Of a DNA stretch of 48,215 bases, positions 28,705-39,008 are shown piece after piece. The notes below the pieces were generated by a model. It made no database searches. It was not told the origin of the DNA and was given only the letters and a program-made list of their open reading frames with translations. The translations under genes and the position numbers were made by a program. Numbering within the stretch: the first letter of the stretch is position 1; each line of letters starts with the position of its first letter. The DNA comes from a virus. Its lineage: Duplodnaviria > Caudoviricetes. The stretch lies in IMG/VR virus record IMGVR_UViG_3300039159_000220, positions 1 to 48,215 of that record; one strand, written 5' to 3'.

Positions 28705-30117
28705 TTAGCGGTCGAGTACGTTGCGGAACATGACGATCTTACGCGGAGCGTAAAGAATCGGAGTGCCGTAAAGCAACTGCATCCAACGAATTGACGCGGC
28801 GATGGTCGCCAACGGGATCTTCATCATTGGTGCGAGTTGACGAAAGCCAACCGCTTGCAAGTTCATCTGATTCAAGAACGCTTTTGAATAACCCGGTAGG
28901 TCAACGTTCAGATCGCGATACACAGTCGTCGCGGCGGCGCCCACGCGCGGAATGTCTTTGACATACTCTTGCGTGCCGTCAGCGCCGTCAACACGGCTGC
29001 GGTAGAGGCGGTAGCCCGTTGCCGGTTCCGAACCGCCACCATCGGTGATGGTCAAGTCGACACCTTCACCCAACGCCACCGCCACGCCGCCAGCTTCCAA
29101 CGCCGAGGCGCTTTCGCCAAAGCGATTGATTGCTGTGACGCGATACTGATAGGTACCCGCGTCTGGAGTGCCAAAGAGGGAGCCTGGTGCTGCGGCAACA
29201 GCCGCGCCAACCACGGTAGGTGCAGTCGGCGAACGACCCGAGGTAGCCGAGGTAGGCGCGGTGCGCGCACCGTTGTTCCGACCCGAACGTAAGAAGATGT
29301 CACCTTTCAGATTGATGACGCCCGCTTGCGTGGCAACTTTCGAGATCGCCATGCCGATGGTGCCGTTCTCCGGAGCCGGCAGATTCACGCGCTCACGTGG
29401 ATACATGGTCTTCACCAAATCACTGAGTGAACGTGGAGCCCCGTAAAGGTCGGAAGGCACACCGTAAGCTTCCACGATGATGTTGGTCGCTTCTTCGATG
29501 TTGCTCTCGGTGAGCGTACCCCCGCGAAGATCGATAACGTTTTGCACGCCACCAATTGGATCGGCGAGCAACTGGGCTTCTAAGCCGTCAAAGGCTTCAG
29601 GAATAATCCGCGAGTTGCCAAAGAAGATTTGACGCTCCATCTGTTCCATGAGCCAGAGCGTACCGTTTTGCGTTTCGACCGCAATCGCATTGCCGTGAGC
29701 TGGGCGAACCAACGTCATCGGATGCGTAACTTCACGTTGCGTACCGAGGTACTTCACCAACGCGACGCGCCGCTCGTAGCTGGCGTCTTGCGTCTGCGGC
29801 AATTCACCTTCACGAGTGAAAGGCCCCGAGTCGCCGCCGTAGCTGGTCTGCACGTTGTACTCTTCCGTCGTGCTGAAGGCCGGCAACTTCGGAATGTCTT
29901 TCCACATCACCACATGCTTCTGGGTGTGCGTAAGGATGCGCAACGTTGCTTCGAGTGATTCAACACGAAGTGCTGAGCCACCGTCTTGACGCGGGGATTG
30001 ATACCCTGCGCTCAATGCTTTGTTGAGATCTTCGACCTCGTTAGAAGTTGCGGTGCCGAAGCCGCCGCCACCGCCGCCGAACCCTGCCATGCCTTCGTAG
30101 TCTTTCATCGTTACCAT
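28705..30117 (-). CDS. Major capsid protein (Herelleviridae-like)
   Basis: LNKALSAGY...GGSALRVESLEATLRILT, FTREG, VKYLG, FFGNS...FDGL, PSDLY, YQYRVTAINRFGES, QLAPMMKIPLA, LYGTP.L.AP; AAGGAG RBS. Confidence 0.93.
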   Translation of the reverse strand: MVTMKDYEGMAGFGGGGGGFGTATSNEVEDLNKALSAGYQSPRQDGGSALRVESLEATLRILTHTQKHVVMWKDIPKLPAFSTTEEYNVQTSYGGDSGPFTREGELPQTQDASYERRVALVKYLGTQREVTHPMTLVRPAHGNAIAVETQNGTLWLMEQMERQIFFGNSRIIPEAFDGLEAQLLADPIGGVQNVIDLRGGTLTESNIEEATNIIVEAYGVPSDLYGAPRSLSDLVKTMYPRERVNLPAPENGTIGMAISKVATQAGVINLKGDIFLRSGRNNGARTAPTSATSGRSPTAPTVVGAAVAAAPGSLFGTPDAGTYQYRVTAINRFGESASALEAGGVAVALGEGVDLTITDGGGSEPATGYRLYRSRVDGADGTQEYVKDIPRVGAAATTVYRDLNVDLPGYSKAFLNQMNLQAVGFRQLAPMMKIPLATIAASIRWMQLLYGTPILYAPRKIVMFRNVLDR

Positions 30118-30158
30118 AAAATTGCTCCTTTCAAATCTGTTGAGAAATCAGTATCGGG

Positions 30159-31007
30159 TTAACGGCCGCCGAGGTCGTTGACGAGTGCTTTGCGAATAGC
30201 CGAAGGCAAGACGTTGAGGTCGTAACCGTTTTGTTCAAACTGAGTCACGAAGACAGGATCGATCTTGCCCTCCATCGACTTGGTAACCAACCAATCCTCA
30301 ACCGAGGCACGCGGCAACTTATGCTCATCGTCGCTGCCATCAAGGGTCGATTGTTGAATGTCGGACTTCGATAAGATCGATTTAGTCCGCACCACGTTAG
30401 GTTGACCAACCACAGCTTCCAGCGTAGTCAGCGCTTTGGTCAAGGTAGAACCCATCATCACCATAGCTTTAGCTAGCTTGGTATTGAAGATGCGTTGCGT
30501 TGCCGCCGTCGAATCAACAGCGTCGCTGAGTTCGCTCATCGACTTGTGCAGCGAACTGCGCAGCGTACCCAAGGCACTGCTGTGCTGATCGGCAAACGAA
30601 GATAAGAACTCGGAAATCTCCAAGGCTTTTGAAACGTCAGGGTCGGCGTCAAGGTTTTGACGAAGCGACTTGTAAGCCGACGCTTCTTTGCCTTTAGGTG
30701 GTTGACCTTCCGCGTCATCACCTTCGTCGCTACCCATATCGGGAGACGCGTCGCCACCATCTTCTTCTTCATCTGAACCCATATCGGACGCAGACATCAT
30801 CTTGGCCATCACTTTGGATTTGGCTTTGGATTTCATTGTATCCGACTTGCCGGATGGAGCTTTGGACGAAAGCGGTTCGCCTTCAGTCGAAAACCCGCCT
30901 TCAGTGTCGGCGTCTTCCAAGGCATCGCCTTTGGTCAACTTCTCTGCTGCGTCTTCTAATTGACTAAGAGCTTTTAGCAAGCCCGATTCTTTTACCATGC
31001 GTGACAT
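30159..31007 (-). CDS. Putative capsid scaffold protein
   Basis: Likely start MSRMVK at 31007 (GGAGG RBS); acidic and coiled-coil-like; many hydrophobic-x-K-(A/S/G) sites; directly before the capsid gene. Confidence 0.7.
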   Translation of the reverse strand: MSRMVKESGLLKALSQLEDAAEKLTKGDALEDADTEGGFSTEGEPLSSKAPSGKSDTMKSKAKSKVMAKMMSASDMGSDEEEDGGDASPDMGSDEGDDAEGQPPKGKEASAYKSLRQNLDADPDVSKALEISEFLSSFADQHSSALGTLRSSLHKSMSELSDAVDSTAATQRIFNTKLAKAMVMMGSTLTKALTTLEAVVGQPNVVRTKSILSKSDIQQSTLDGSDDEHKLPRASVEDWLVTKSMEGKIDPVFVTQFEQNGYDLNVLPSAIRKALVNDLGGR

Positions 31008-31053
31008 ATGAACTGCCTCCGATTGAGTTGGACGAATGTGAATGCGGAGTTGC

Positions 31054-31419
31054 TTACGACCAATAACCCAACACGCCACCGACAGCGGTAGCTGGGATGA
31101 TCGCAATGCTTTCGCCATTGACGGTCACGGTGATCTTGCTGCTGACAACCGCGCTACAAGCAACCACATCACCCGGATTGAGCTTGAAGTGCAGATCGTC
31201 CGGCGAGGCAGGACCCGCAATGTCGCTGAAGCCTGCATAGATAACGCCGCCAACAGCTTGGCGACGTGCATCAAAAACAGTAGTCGGTGAAACGCCCGAC
31301 GCACCGTTGGTCGGCGACGCGGCAGTCACCGTAGTGCCGACGGTGTAGGTCGCGCCTTGTAGGATCTTGAAGAGGGTGTGGCCGTTGAAATTGATTGCGT
31401 TATCGGTGCGTACTGGCAT
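31054..31419 (-). CDS. Small head-associated protein (possible decoration protein)
   Basis: 121 aa with TAAGGAG RBS; SPTNGASGVSPTT is an Ig-like start motif. Confidence 0.5.
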   Translation of the reverse strand: MPVRTDNAINFNGHTLFKILQGATYTVGTTVTAASPTNGASGVSPTTVFDARRQAVGGVIYAGFSDIAGPASPDDLHFKLNPGDVVACSAVVSSKITVTVNGESIAIIPATAVGGVLGYWS

Positions 31420-31457
31420 TGTCTAACTCCTTAACTTGTGTGTGTGGTGGGGCGAAG

Positions 31458-32183
31458 CTACCATTGTTTGAAAGCAAATGACACTATGCGCTCACACATA
31501 GCCTTAGACAGATGAGGTCGGAGCGCCTGAACGCGGGCAACGGCCTCTTCGTAATCTAGGTTGTCTTCGCGAACTAGCGTGCGTGCGTCGAGTGCTTCTC
31601 TGAGCAGCGGCGAGTGTTGAACGGCCAGCGCCTTCTTAGCAGCTCGGTCAACTACGTCTGACGGTGCAAAGGCTTTGGCCATGATCGACCATGAGCAGTC
31701 GGTATTCACAGGGCAGTTAGTGATAGCCACGTTGCGCACCTTGGCGCGCATGATGCGATTACCTGAATCCCGCTGCACCACTTTACCTTCGATGGAGAAG
31801 CCCAGGCTGCGAGGTGCGCGACTCTTCTTGAGCGACTTGGCTAGTTCCCAGATACGATCAGCCGGCGGATAGCCAACCAAGAGATTACCCTCGGTCCACC
31901 AGCGCGTGCCGTTCTCTAGCCGCGCCATCTTCGGATAACCTAAGACCGCCGAGGTGTCTTGCTTGTGGTTATCATTGAAATAACCAAAGGAGACGAACTC
32001 GGTGAAGTCGAGACCCTTAGCGACGACAACCTCTTCTTGCCGATCGAGATTCTCCGTAGAGCAATGACCGCCGATTGGCCGTGTCTGCTCTGGATCTTCG
32101 CCAGCCTTCTCGATGATTTCGACGCCCGGTTGGAAGATGATGAACTCATCCTCTTCCATCAATTGTTCAAGCATCGCTTTCAT
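31458..32183 (-). CDS. Prohead maturation protease (HK97/U35-like)
   Basis: IGGHCSTENLDRQEEVV, GYFNDNH, LGFSIEG and NVAITNCPVN motifs. Confidence 0.9.
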   Translation of the reverse strand: MKAMLEQLMEEDEFIIFQPGVEIIEKAGEDPEQTRPIGGHCSTENLDRQEEVVVAKGLDFTEFVSFGYFNDNHKQDTSAVLGYPKMARLENGTRWWTEGNLLVGYPPADRIWELAKSLKKSRAPRSLGFSIEGKVVQRDSGNRIMRAKVRNVAITNCPVNTDCSWSIMAKAFAPSDVVDRAAKKALAVQHSPLLREALDARTLVREDNLDYEEAVARVQALRPHLSKAMCERIVSFAFKQW

Positions 32184-32230
32184 GTGGGCTCCTGATAATA
32201 CAACTCAGTTACGCTATCAATGCAAGATCT

Positions 32231-33106
32231 CTATGCGTGCAACGTCGAAAGCCGTTGCATTTCAGCCGTGGCAGCGGTGAAGTACTCAGCGTAATCAGGG
32301 AAACCCTTTGGATCATCCGAGCGCTGGCTGAGGATTCGCCATGGTAAACGGTAAGGATATTCCAACAGAAACCGCATGCGTAGATAGGCGTGCAGAATCG
32401 CCTCTTCACTCAAGTACGGCCCGAGCGTTGCCTTGAAATCTTCGAGCGTCAGCGTCAACCAGACCGGCCAGATATCGTCGAAGTTGACTTGTTCGATAAA
32501 CAAATACTTATGCACGACGTTGTGATAGTTCGCGAACGTCGGGCCGAACGTAACGGCATTGTCCCACGCCACCGGCTTGAGCTGAGGCTTACCGTCTTGT
32601 GGCGCAATCACGAAACCTAGATTGTTGATGTGCCGGTCACGACTACCCGCAATCAGGTCGAGCGCGACGAGCTTGCGCCAATGCGTGAGGCTAGCTTTTG
32701 CCAGGACCACCTTGAGCGTGCTTTCCCACTGCGAACTTGTAACGTCATCAAGGCGCTTGTCGACGTCACGCAAGGCAGCCGCACGCACGAAGAACTGGGC
32801 CGAAGCTAACTTACCTTCGACGGCTTTGTGTGTGATCACCACGGTCGGTACCAAGTCCGCATAACCAAGCAGCTTGGCTAGTTGGTAAAAGGCAACTTCA
32901 CGTTGAGGCTGAGCAGCGATATCGAGCCCGCGCTGGGTACGCTTGCCGCTAGGCAAGGCGTCTTTGCTCACCTTGATAAGCGCACGCATATGGTTGCGGT
33001 AGGTAGCCAACAACGCGCCAGACTTACCCTTACCTAGCGGCTTGATCGAGGTCGGCTTTTGAGACTGCACCACATACGTAAACTCATCGACCATGAATGC
33101 ACTCAT
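32231..33106 (-). CDS. PI3/PI4-kinase-like (HipA-related fold) kinase
   Basis: Gly loop GKGKSG, beta3 Lys (ALIK), QREVAFYQLAKLLG...VPTVV, catalytic DRHINN and Mg-binding WDN. Confidence 0.8.
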   Translation of the reverse strand: MSAFMVDEFTYVVQSQKPTSIKPLGKGKSGALLATYRNHMRALIKVSKDALPSGKRTQRGLDIAAQPQREVAFYQLAKLLGYADLVPTVVITHKAVEGKLASAQFFVRAAALRDVDKRLDDVTSSQWESTLKVVLAKASLTHWRKLVALDLIAGSRDRHINNLGFVIAPQDGKPQLKPVAWDNAVTFGPTFANYHNVVHKYLFIEQVNFDDIWPVWLTLTLEDFKATLGPYLSEEAILHAYLRMRFLLEYPYRLPWRILSQRSDDPKGFPDYAEYFTAATAEMQRLSTLHA

Positions 33107-34055
33107 GGTCTGCTAGGGCTTTGCTTAACGTCTCGATCTCGACCACCGACTTCTTCACATAGGTCATCCGGCCTTGATCGTCAAAGCCCATACCTTCCGG
33201 CAAGTGATGCAACTGGCACTGACACCACGGATGCATCGCACCTAAGACCGGCTGCCACTGTGTAGCTGCGAGACCTCGGAGCTTTGGTCGATTAGCTTTA
33301 CGCCCAACGTTGGTGCCGTTGGCTAGCAACTCGCTAAGTCGGAAGATGCGCGGCGTGATTCCATCGGCTTGTAAATACAACAGCACACAATAGGGACACG
33401 CTTCCGGTCGCGGTCGCTTGAAGACGAGCGGATCGGTGCCGGCAGGCACACTACCCATTAAGCTGACGGCCTTGCCTTCTTCCACCGCGTTATGGATCTC
33501 GGTCTGCGCAATCTGCATCCAATCACGCGTCACGCCCTTGATCGAAGCGGCCAAACGATCGGCTAGTTGCTTCACCGATTCGCCAGCTTCCATGCTCGCG
33601 GCGACTTCACGCCGTAGCTTGCCGAGTTGTTTGCGGCGCAAGGTATCGTCAACGTCAAGCGAGGCTTTACCTACCGCATCATCGAGCTTCGTACCTAAGC
33701 CAGTGATGTACTGACCCATGCGTGCGCGCGCCATCTCGATCGCTTCGATATCGTAAGACGTCATCACCGCTGGCTGTTCGCGGTTGATTTGCCAAAAAGC
33801 TTTGCTCGAAAGCCGCTCCGGATCACCGGCAGGCATCGCACCAGACATAACACCCAGCACGTGTGCAGCGGTTGCCGTATCCATCGGCATAGCTGGCTTG
33901 GTCGGCAGTTTGCCAGCCGCCTTGAGCCGGTCGAGGTCGGAGGTTGCGAGCACTTCGGTACCCAAGACTTCGGCCATAAACGCGAGGTGATGATCACGGA
34001 TCGTTTGTGAGATCTCCGCGCGTTGCTTAGCCGTGAGTAGGCGCTTACCCGCCAC
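33084..34055 (-). CDS. MuF/SPP1 gp7-like minor head protein
   Basis: RDWMQIAQTEIHNA, ACPYC and HPWCQC signatures. Confidence 0.8.
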   Translation of the reverse strand: MAGKRLLTAKQRAEISQTIRDHHLAFMAEVLGTEVLATSDLDRLKAAGKLPTKPAMPMDTATAAHVLGVMSGAMPAGDPERLSSKAFWQINREQPAVMTSYDIEAIEMARARMGQYITGLGTKLDDAVGKASLDVDDTLRRKQLGKLRREVAASMEAGESVKQLADRLAASIKGVTRDWMQIAQTEIHNAVEEGKAVSLMGSVPAGTDPLVFKRPRPEACPYCVLLYLQADGITPRIFRLSELLANGTNVGRKANRPKLRGLAATQWQPVLGAMHPWCQCQLHHLPEGMGFDDQGRMTYVKKSVVEIETLSKALADHECIHGR

Positions 34056-34443
34056 TGGCTTGTCCCTTCGCGCCGTCCTTCGGCACTACGACTTTGGTAA
34101 ATTCCCGCTTGGTTAGGTGCGTGGTTCCGAACATCTGTTGCTTCTCGTCATCCGGTAACCCGTGATAGTAGTCTTCGTTGACTAACCACTTCGGCACCGG
34201 CACCTTGAAGCGCGCACAGTAGTAGCGCAACGCGGGTCGAATCTTCTCAACGAGTTGTCGCCGTGCGAAATCTGAATCGGAAACGACGTGACGAATCATC
34301 GGCCGCGAGTAGTGCTGTAAGAGCGACATCAGCTCTTCTTTCGAATCGACCGCAAGGATCTGTTCGGGTCCGGTCATCTTGACTCGCTTGCCGCTTGCCG
34401 TCTGGATAACTTCCATAATGGAATGGTCGCGCAATTCGCTCAT
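34045..34443 (-). CDS. Hypothetical protein
   Basis: 132-aa ORF coupled between the SNF2 and MuF genes. Confidence 0.6.
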   Translation of the reverse strand: MSELRDHSIMEVIQTASGKRVKMTGPEQILAVDSKEELMSLLQHYSRPMIRHVVSDSDFARRQLVEKIRPALRYYCARFKVPVPKWLVNEDYYHGLPDDEKQQMFGTTHLTKREFTKVVVPKDGAKGQASGG

Positions 34444-34445
34444 GG

Positions 34446-37400
34446 CTACTTCTTACCCTTCTCGAATGCTTTGTTCTGCTTCATGTGCTTCATGACGTGT
34501 TGGTAGAAGACTTTAGCGTAAGCAGGGTCTTTTAGGTCCTGCTTTGTGATGCCTTCGATATGCTGCGGTGCGAGGGCCACGACATGTTTGATCGCTTCGG
34601 CTTCTGTAGCTGGCGGCTTTTTCGACCACTGCTCATGCAAGAGTTTGAATAGCATGTCTTTCTTACTCTTGAATGGGTTCTTGGCCGACAACGAGCCTGG
34701 CAAAGCACTCGGTACCGGCTTGGCGGCTACTGGTGGTTTACCTTCAGCCGCAGGCTTGGCTGCCTTGTCTTCTTTAACCCACTTGGCGCGACCAACGCGG
34801 CCTTCGGGAAAAGGCTCGGCCGTGCCGTCAGCGCTGGCTTGAGCGGGCTTGGAGGCGTCAGGCTTAGCGGAGGCTTTGCCTTCGGCTGCTTTGGTTTCTT
34901 GTTTCGATTTGGCGGGACTTTCTTTGGCGACATTTGAACCCTTCATCTTAGCTTCGGACCACTGCCACACGTCGTCCATCTCCTTACGGAAGGACGTGGC
35001 TTTCTTCTTCATCTTGTCGGCCGAGGCCATATCGCCCCGTGCGGTAGCTGCATCCGACTCAGCGAGCAATTGACCGTACCAACCCTTAACTTGCTGCGCG
35101 TTGCGCGACAGGCGAGACGTCGCGGCGTCAATCCGTGATTGATCTTTCTTATGAGTGGCCATCTCTAAAAACGTACTCGACGCCATCCAGGTAGTTGAGG
35201 CGGCGTCCATTTCATAGTCGCGATCCCACAAGCGTTGCTCTTCGGGTACGTCAAGTTTCTCGGATAAGCCTTTGGCTTCTTTGCCAAGCTTGGCTTGCGT
35301 CTTAGGATCGAGATGCTGCATCAGGCTATCGTCATCGCCGCCACGATCTTGATTCTCTTCTGTAGTACCCAAGAGTCCGTCTTCATCTAAGCCGGCGGCA
35401 AGCTTCGTGATGTACGCGCTGCCGCCCTCTGCTTCTTTCATGAGCAATGCTTGGAAAGCTTCGGGGTTGTTCTCACGATTTGAGAAAGTATTGAACCAGA
35501 GCTTGTCTTTATTCGCGCGCGCTTGTTTGGCGATTGCCGCGTCGATAACCCCGCCTTCGTGCAATTCAGTCTCGTCGAACTCTAACCCGAGCTGATCGAT
35601 CGCAGCTTGTGCGGCCGTCGCATAGGCATCGCTGTTCAGATCCGCATCAGAAAGCAGACTGGTAGACAAGGCCGACTTAGCCGAGACGCGGTTGCTTGTC
35701 TTTTGATCCCACGTCTGACCCCAAGGACTCGACATGCCATAGTTTGATTCGATGACGTCACGCTCTTGGCCGGGTCGCCACAAGCGACCGACGGCCTGGC
35801 GCTTGTCCGCAGGATTGAGCGGATTGTCGAGAAACCCATCACGATAGGCTTTCTTCTGGAGATTCAGACCGGCGCCACCGGACTTCGTACCGACCAACAA
35901 GATCTTGCGCTTGCCCTGGTTGGTCATGTCCTGTTCGAAAGATCGTTCCCGCGCACTCTTGCCGCCGTTGATCTCACCGATCAAAGAAGGATCGATACCA
36001 GCTTTAATCAGCTCACGTTTGAGAATCGGGAACGCTTTACCCGGCAACGATGAGAACAAGATGAACGGCGTGTCTTCCGTACCGCCGCCGCCTTTGAAAT
36101 GCTTTACGATGTCAGCAACGACGCGTTCAATCTTAGGCGATCCACCCTTGTACGTAGGATCGTACAGCTCCGGCGAGATGCATGCTTGCCGTTGCAACTG
36201 ATCGCGCAGCATCCCTTGAAGATACCCACGAGATTTGACCAGCCTTTCAAGTTTATTGATGTCGCCGGACCGCTCTGCCTTCATGACCATCTTGGCGAAA
36301 AGCACACGCGACAACTTATCGATATGCCCGCCCGGCATAAGGTGTTTGTAGATCGGATGATCGTCCGGTGCGCGGATAGGTCCCAAGTCAGGGTCCGCAA
36401 ACTTGCCTTTCATCACCGAGCCAATGTCGGCGACAACTTCCGGATCTGTAATCAGGCGGTACATCACATGCGGACGTAAACGCGCGCGCATCTCCATCGT
36501 GCGCTGACTGTCGACGTCGACCCATTTGTTGATTCGATGATCAAATTGAACCCCTTCGAACGCGCCTTCCCATTCGTCTTTCTTGCCGATCGATCCTGGC
36601 GCAAAGAGATCGGTAAGATGGAAGAGATCCATCGGTCCGTTAGGCATGGGTGTAGCCGTCAGGCCGAAAGCGTACTCGCGATCTTTCAAGACGGATTGTG
36701 CAATCGTATGCCGAACGGAACCTTCCGTTTTATACCCGCCGCCGTGAACCTCATCAATGAAGACTGCGCCGTCTAAGCCTTTGAGGATCTCCGTCAGCTC
36801 ACTATCTGTACCGCCCGTACCGTCGTTATCCAAGCCGCGTTCGATGACGCCAGCTTCGTTCACGCCGTCTTCGGCTTCGCCGCCACCGCTTAATGTACCC
36901 GTAGACAAGAGGATGTACTCGGCGTTCTTAGCCAAGTCACTTTGGAGAATCTCCTTCCGCTCATCGAGCGAGAAGCCGGACAGGTTGAGGATTTTCTTCT
37001 TGTCAATGCCCGGTGCGTAGGCGGCAATCTCACGCGGCCACTGATTCATCAGCGACGGCGGCAGAAACAAGATCGCCTTCTTACCTGGATCTTTCTCTTT
37101 AAGCTTCTCCATCATGGTGATGATGCAAGCTGTCTTACCCATGCCGGCATCGAGCGCTACTACGCCACGCTTCTTCGTCAGCATCCAATTGATGCACTGC
37201 CGCTGATGCTTGAAGAGTCCGAATGGCTTGCCCGTCTTAGGATTGATCTGATGGGGCAACGGCTTATCGTGCAGCGCTGCGCCAACCACAGAATCAGCCA
37301 TCGACTTCGGCACTTCAAAGCTATCGTCTTGTTGCGCCGCCAAAGCAGCGGCGTTAAGTTCTTCGACCGCCCGCGCATCGACTTCAATCTCTTCGGCCTT

Positions 37401-38981
37401 CTCGGAGTCCGTCAGCATATCCATGCCGGCGTCCATGAACTTCTTGAGCGGTGCGTTGAGCCCTTTGTTTAGCTGGCTCAACTCATCGGCAGCTGCGACG
37501 AGCACTTCGTTGAGATGATCAATCAGTAAGCCACGATGTAGACCGTACATGTCATCTTCTTGATCATAACCCTTAGCTTCCATCAAGGCGTCGACGATGC
37601 CGAAGGCTAACTTGTCCGCCGCAAGGACGTCGCGCATCTCTTCACCCGTACCCGCCATCACATACGTGCGCGTGTCGGAATCCCACGTGTTGAAGAGGTG
37701 CGCACCGACATAAGCTAAGGCTAGTTGACCCGCCGACATCTGCTTCAAGGTCTCAGGATCCGCTAGCGGACCTTTCTTGTCGAACATGCCGGCGTTCGGC
37801 GAGACAATACCCTTGAGATGCTTGTTGCGACCAACCTCGCCAGCCTTCGGAATAAAGACCAGATCCAACGCGGCTAAGCCGATCGCCGTCTGACGCACAC
37901 GTGTCGAGAGACCAACGTTGTCGCCGTCCTTATCAACACCCGTCATCATCACGGTACCAACGGCGACCAAAGCATCTTTCGATTTTGCTAGCTTGTAGTC
38001 GAGCCGCTGCTCCAGCTTGTCTTGCGCACCCTGCAAAGCTGCTTCATGCAGCTCGGCAATCTTAGGATCTTTCTTGAGCGCTTCGTACTTCCTGAAGGTC
38101 TCTTCCAATACAGGGCGGACGTCTTCGTCGTACTTGGCTTGCAACTCTTCCTCCGAAAGGTCTTCGCCAAACCAGTCTTGATGCGCCATGAATGCGTGGA
38201 ACGCCTCCTCGTAAGAAGCGTTTTCCAAACCCCAGTCCGGCGCATCAAACGTGAGCTTGCTGAGATCACCTTCCATGTCTTCGTGCGTCATCTTGAAGCC
38301 GGCAAGGAAAGCATTGAGATAGGCATCCTTGCCCAGCTTGATGCCGCCGTACCATGCCTCCATGAGTTGCATCTCGGACTCATCAAAGCCGTAATTCTCG
38401 CCGTGCGCGAGCAGATGCGCAACCAACGCACGATCAGCGCCTTGGCGACCCATGTACGGTCCCGGTCGGAGATGCGCTTGGTGTGCGCCCAACTCTTCTT
38501 TGGAGACGTCCGAATGCTGCTCGTTCTTTGGAGGTGTACCGTAACGGATCTTGCCTGACTTATCGCGATACCACTTACCGCCGCGTGAGCCCGGCGTATG
38601 CACGCCTCCGGCCGGTCGTTGATACTCTTGTGCCAGGCCAGGCTTCGCACGTGCTTGACCCGAGAGGTTAGCCTTCGGCTGCGCCTTGACCTTTTCAGCC
38701 TTGAAGAGATCCGACACCAAGAGCGCTCGCGACTTGCCATCACTGGTGATGTACAGCCCGGCTGACTTACGGAAGTCAGCGGTCTCCATGATGCGGCGTA
38801 TGTCTTTGGACATGGCGACCAGACGATCGCGATACGCTGCATCAAGGGTCGACATCAAGTCTTGCACGACCGGCAAGCGTGCCGGCCGCACGTCAACCTT
38901 GAGCTGAGCTTTGACTAAGAAGCCACCCGCAAGGTCGACACCGCGACTAAAGAGTTCATCAAGATCCATAAAGTCAGGCAC
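34446..38981 (-). CDS. Large SWI2/SNF2-family ATPase with long N- and C-terminal extensions
   Basis: Q-motif LFKHQ, Walker A DAGMGKT, PPSLMNQW, Walker B DEVH, TATP, SGGAGLNLQ and QAVGRLWRPGQ. Confidence 0.92.
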   Translation of the reverse strand: MPDFMDLDELFSRGVDLAGGFLVKAQLKVDVRPARLPVVQDLMSTLDAAYRDRLVAMSKDIRRIMETADFRKSAGLYITSDGKSRALLVSDLFKAEKVKAQPKANLSGQARAKPGLAQEYQRPAGGVHTPGSRGGKWYRDKSGKIRYGTPPKNEQHSDVSKEELGAHQAHLRPGPYMGRQGADRALVAHLLAHGENYGFDESEMQLMEAWYGGIKLGKDAYLNAFLAGFKMTHEDMEGDLSKLTFDAPDWGLENASYEEAFHAFMAHQDWFGEDLSEEELQAKYDEDVRPVLEETFRKYEALKKDPKIAELHEAALQGAQDKLEQRLDYKLAKSKDALVAVGTVMMTGVDKDGDNVGLSTRVRQTAIGLAALDLVFIPKAGEVGRNKHLKGIVSPNAGMFDKKGPLADPETLKQMSAGQLALAYVGAHLFNTWDSDTRTYVMAGTGEEMRDVLAADKLAFGIVDALMEAKGYDQEDDMYGLHRGLLIDHLNEVLVAAADELSQLNKGLNAPLKKFMDAGMDMLTDSEKAEEIEVDARAVEELNAAALAAQQDDSFEVPKSMADSVVGAALHDKPLPHQINPKTGKPFGLFKHQRQCINWMLTKKRGVVALDAGMGKTACIITMMEKLKEKDPGKKAILFLPPSLMNQWPREIAAYAPGIDKKKILNLSGFSLDERKEILQSDLAKNAEYILLSTGTLSGGGEAEDGVNEAGVIERGLDNDGTGGTDSELTEILKGLDGAVFIDEVHGGGYKTEGSVRHTIAQSVLKDREYAFGLTATPMPNGPMDLFHLTDLFAPGSIGKKDEWEGAFEGVQFDHRINKWVDVDSQRTMEMRARLRPHVMYRLITDPEVVADIGSVMKGKFADPDLGPIRAPDDHPIYKHLMPGGHIDKLSRVLFAKMVMKAERSGDINKLERLVKSRGYLQGMLRDQLQRQACISPELYDPTYKGGSPKIERVVADIVKHFKGGGGTEDTPFILFSSLPGKAFPILKRELIKAGIDPSLIGEINGGKSARERSFEQDMTNQGKRKILLVGTKSGGAGLNLQKKAYRDGFLDNPLNPADKRQAVGRLWRPGQERDVIESNYGMSSPWGQTWDQKTSNRVSAKSALSTSLLSDADLNSDAYATAAQAAIDQLGLEFDETELHEGGVIDAAIAKQARANKDKLWFNTFSNRENNPEAFQALLMKEAEGGSAYITKLAAGLDEDGLLGTTEENQDRGGDDDSLMQHLDPKTQAKLGKEAKGLSEKLDVPEEQRLWDRDYEMDAASTTWMASSTFLEMATHKKDQSRIDAATSRLSRNAQQVKGWYGQLLAESDAATARGDMASADKMKKKATSFRKEMDDVWQWSEAKMKGSNVAKESPAKSKQETKAAEGKASAKPDASKPAQASADGTAEPFPEGRVGRAKWVKEDKAAKPAAEGKPPVAAKPVPSALPGSLSAKNPFKSKKDMLFKLLHEQWSKKPPATEAEAIKHVVALAPQHIEGITKQDLKDPAYAKVFYQHVMKHMKQNKAFEKGKK

Positions 38982-39008
38982 ACCTTTGCAAACGGGGTTG
39001 AGAGCGAA

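Noticed and set aside
34446-38981. Intein in the large SNF2 protein or the portal
   Set aside because: No intein splice-junction or LAGLIDADG motifs seen; the extra length lies outside the helicase core.
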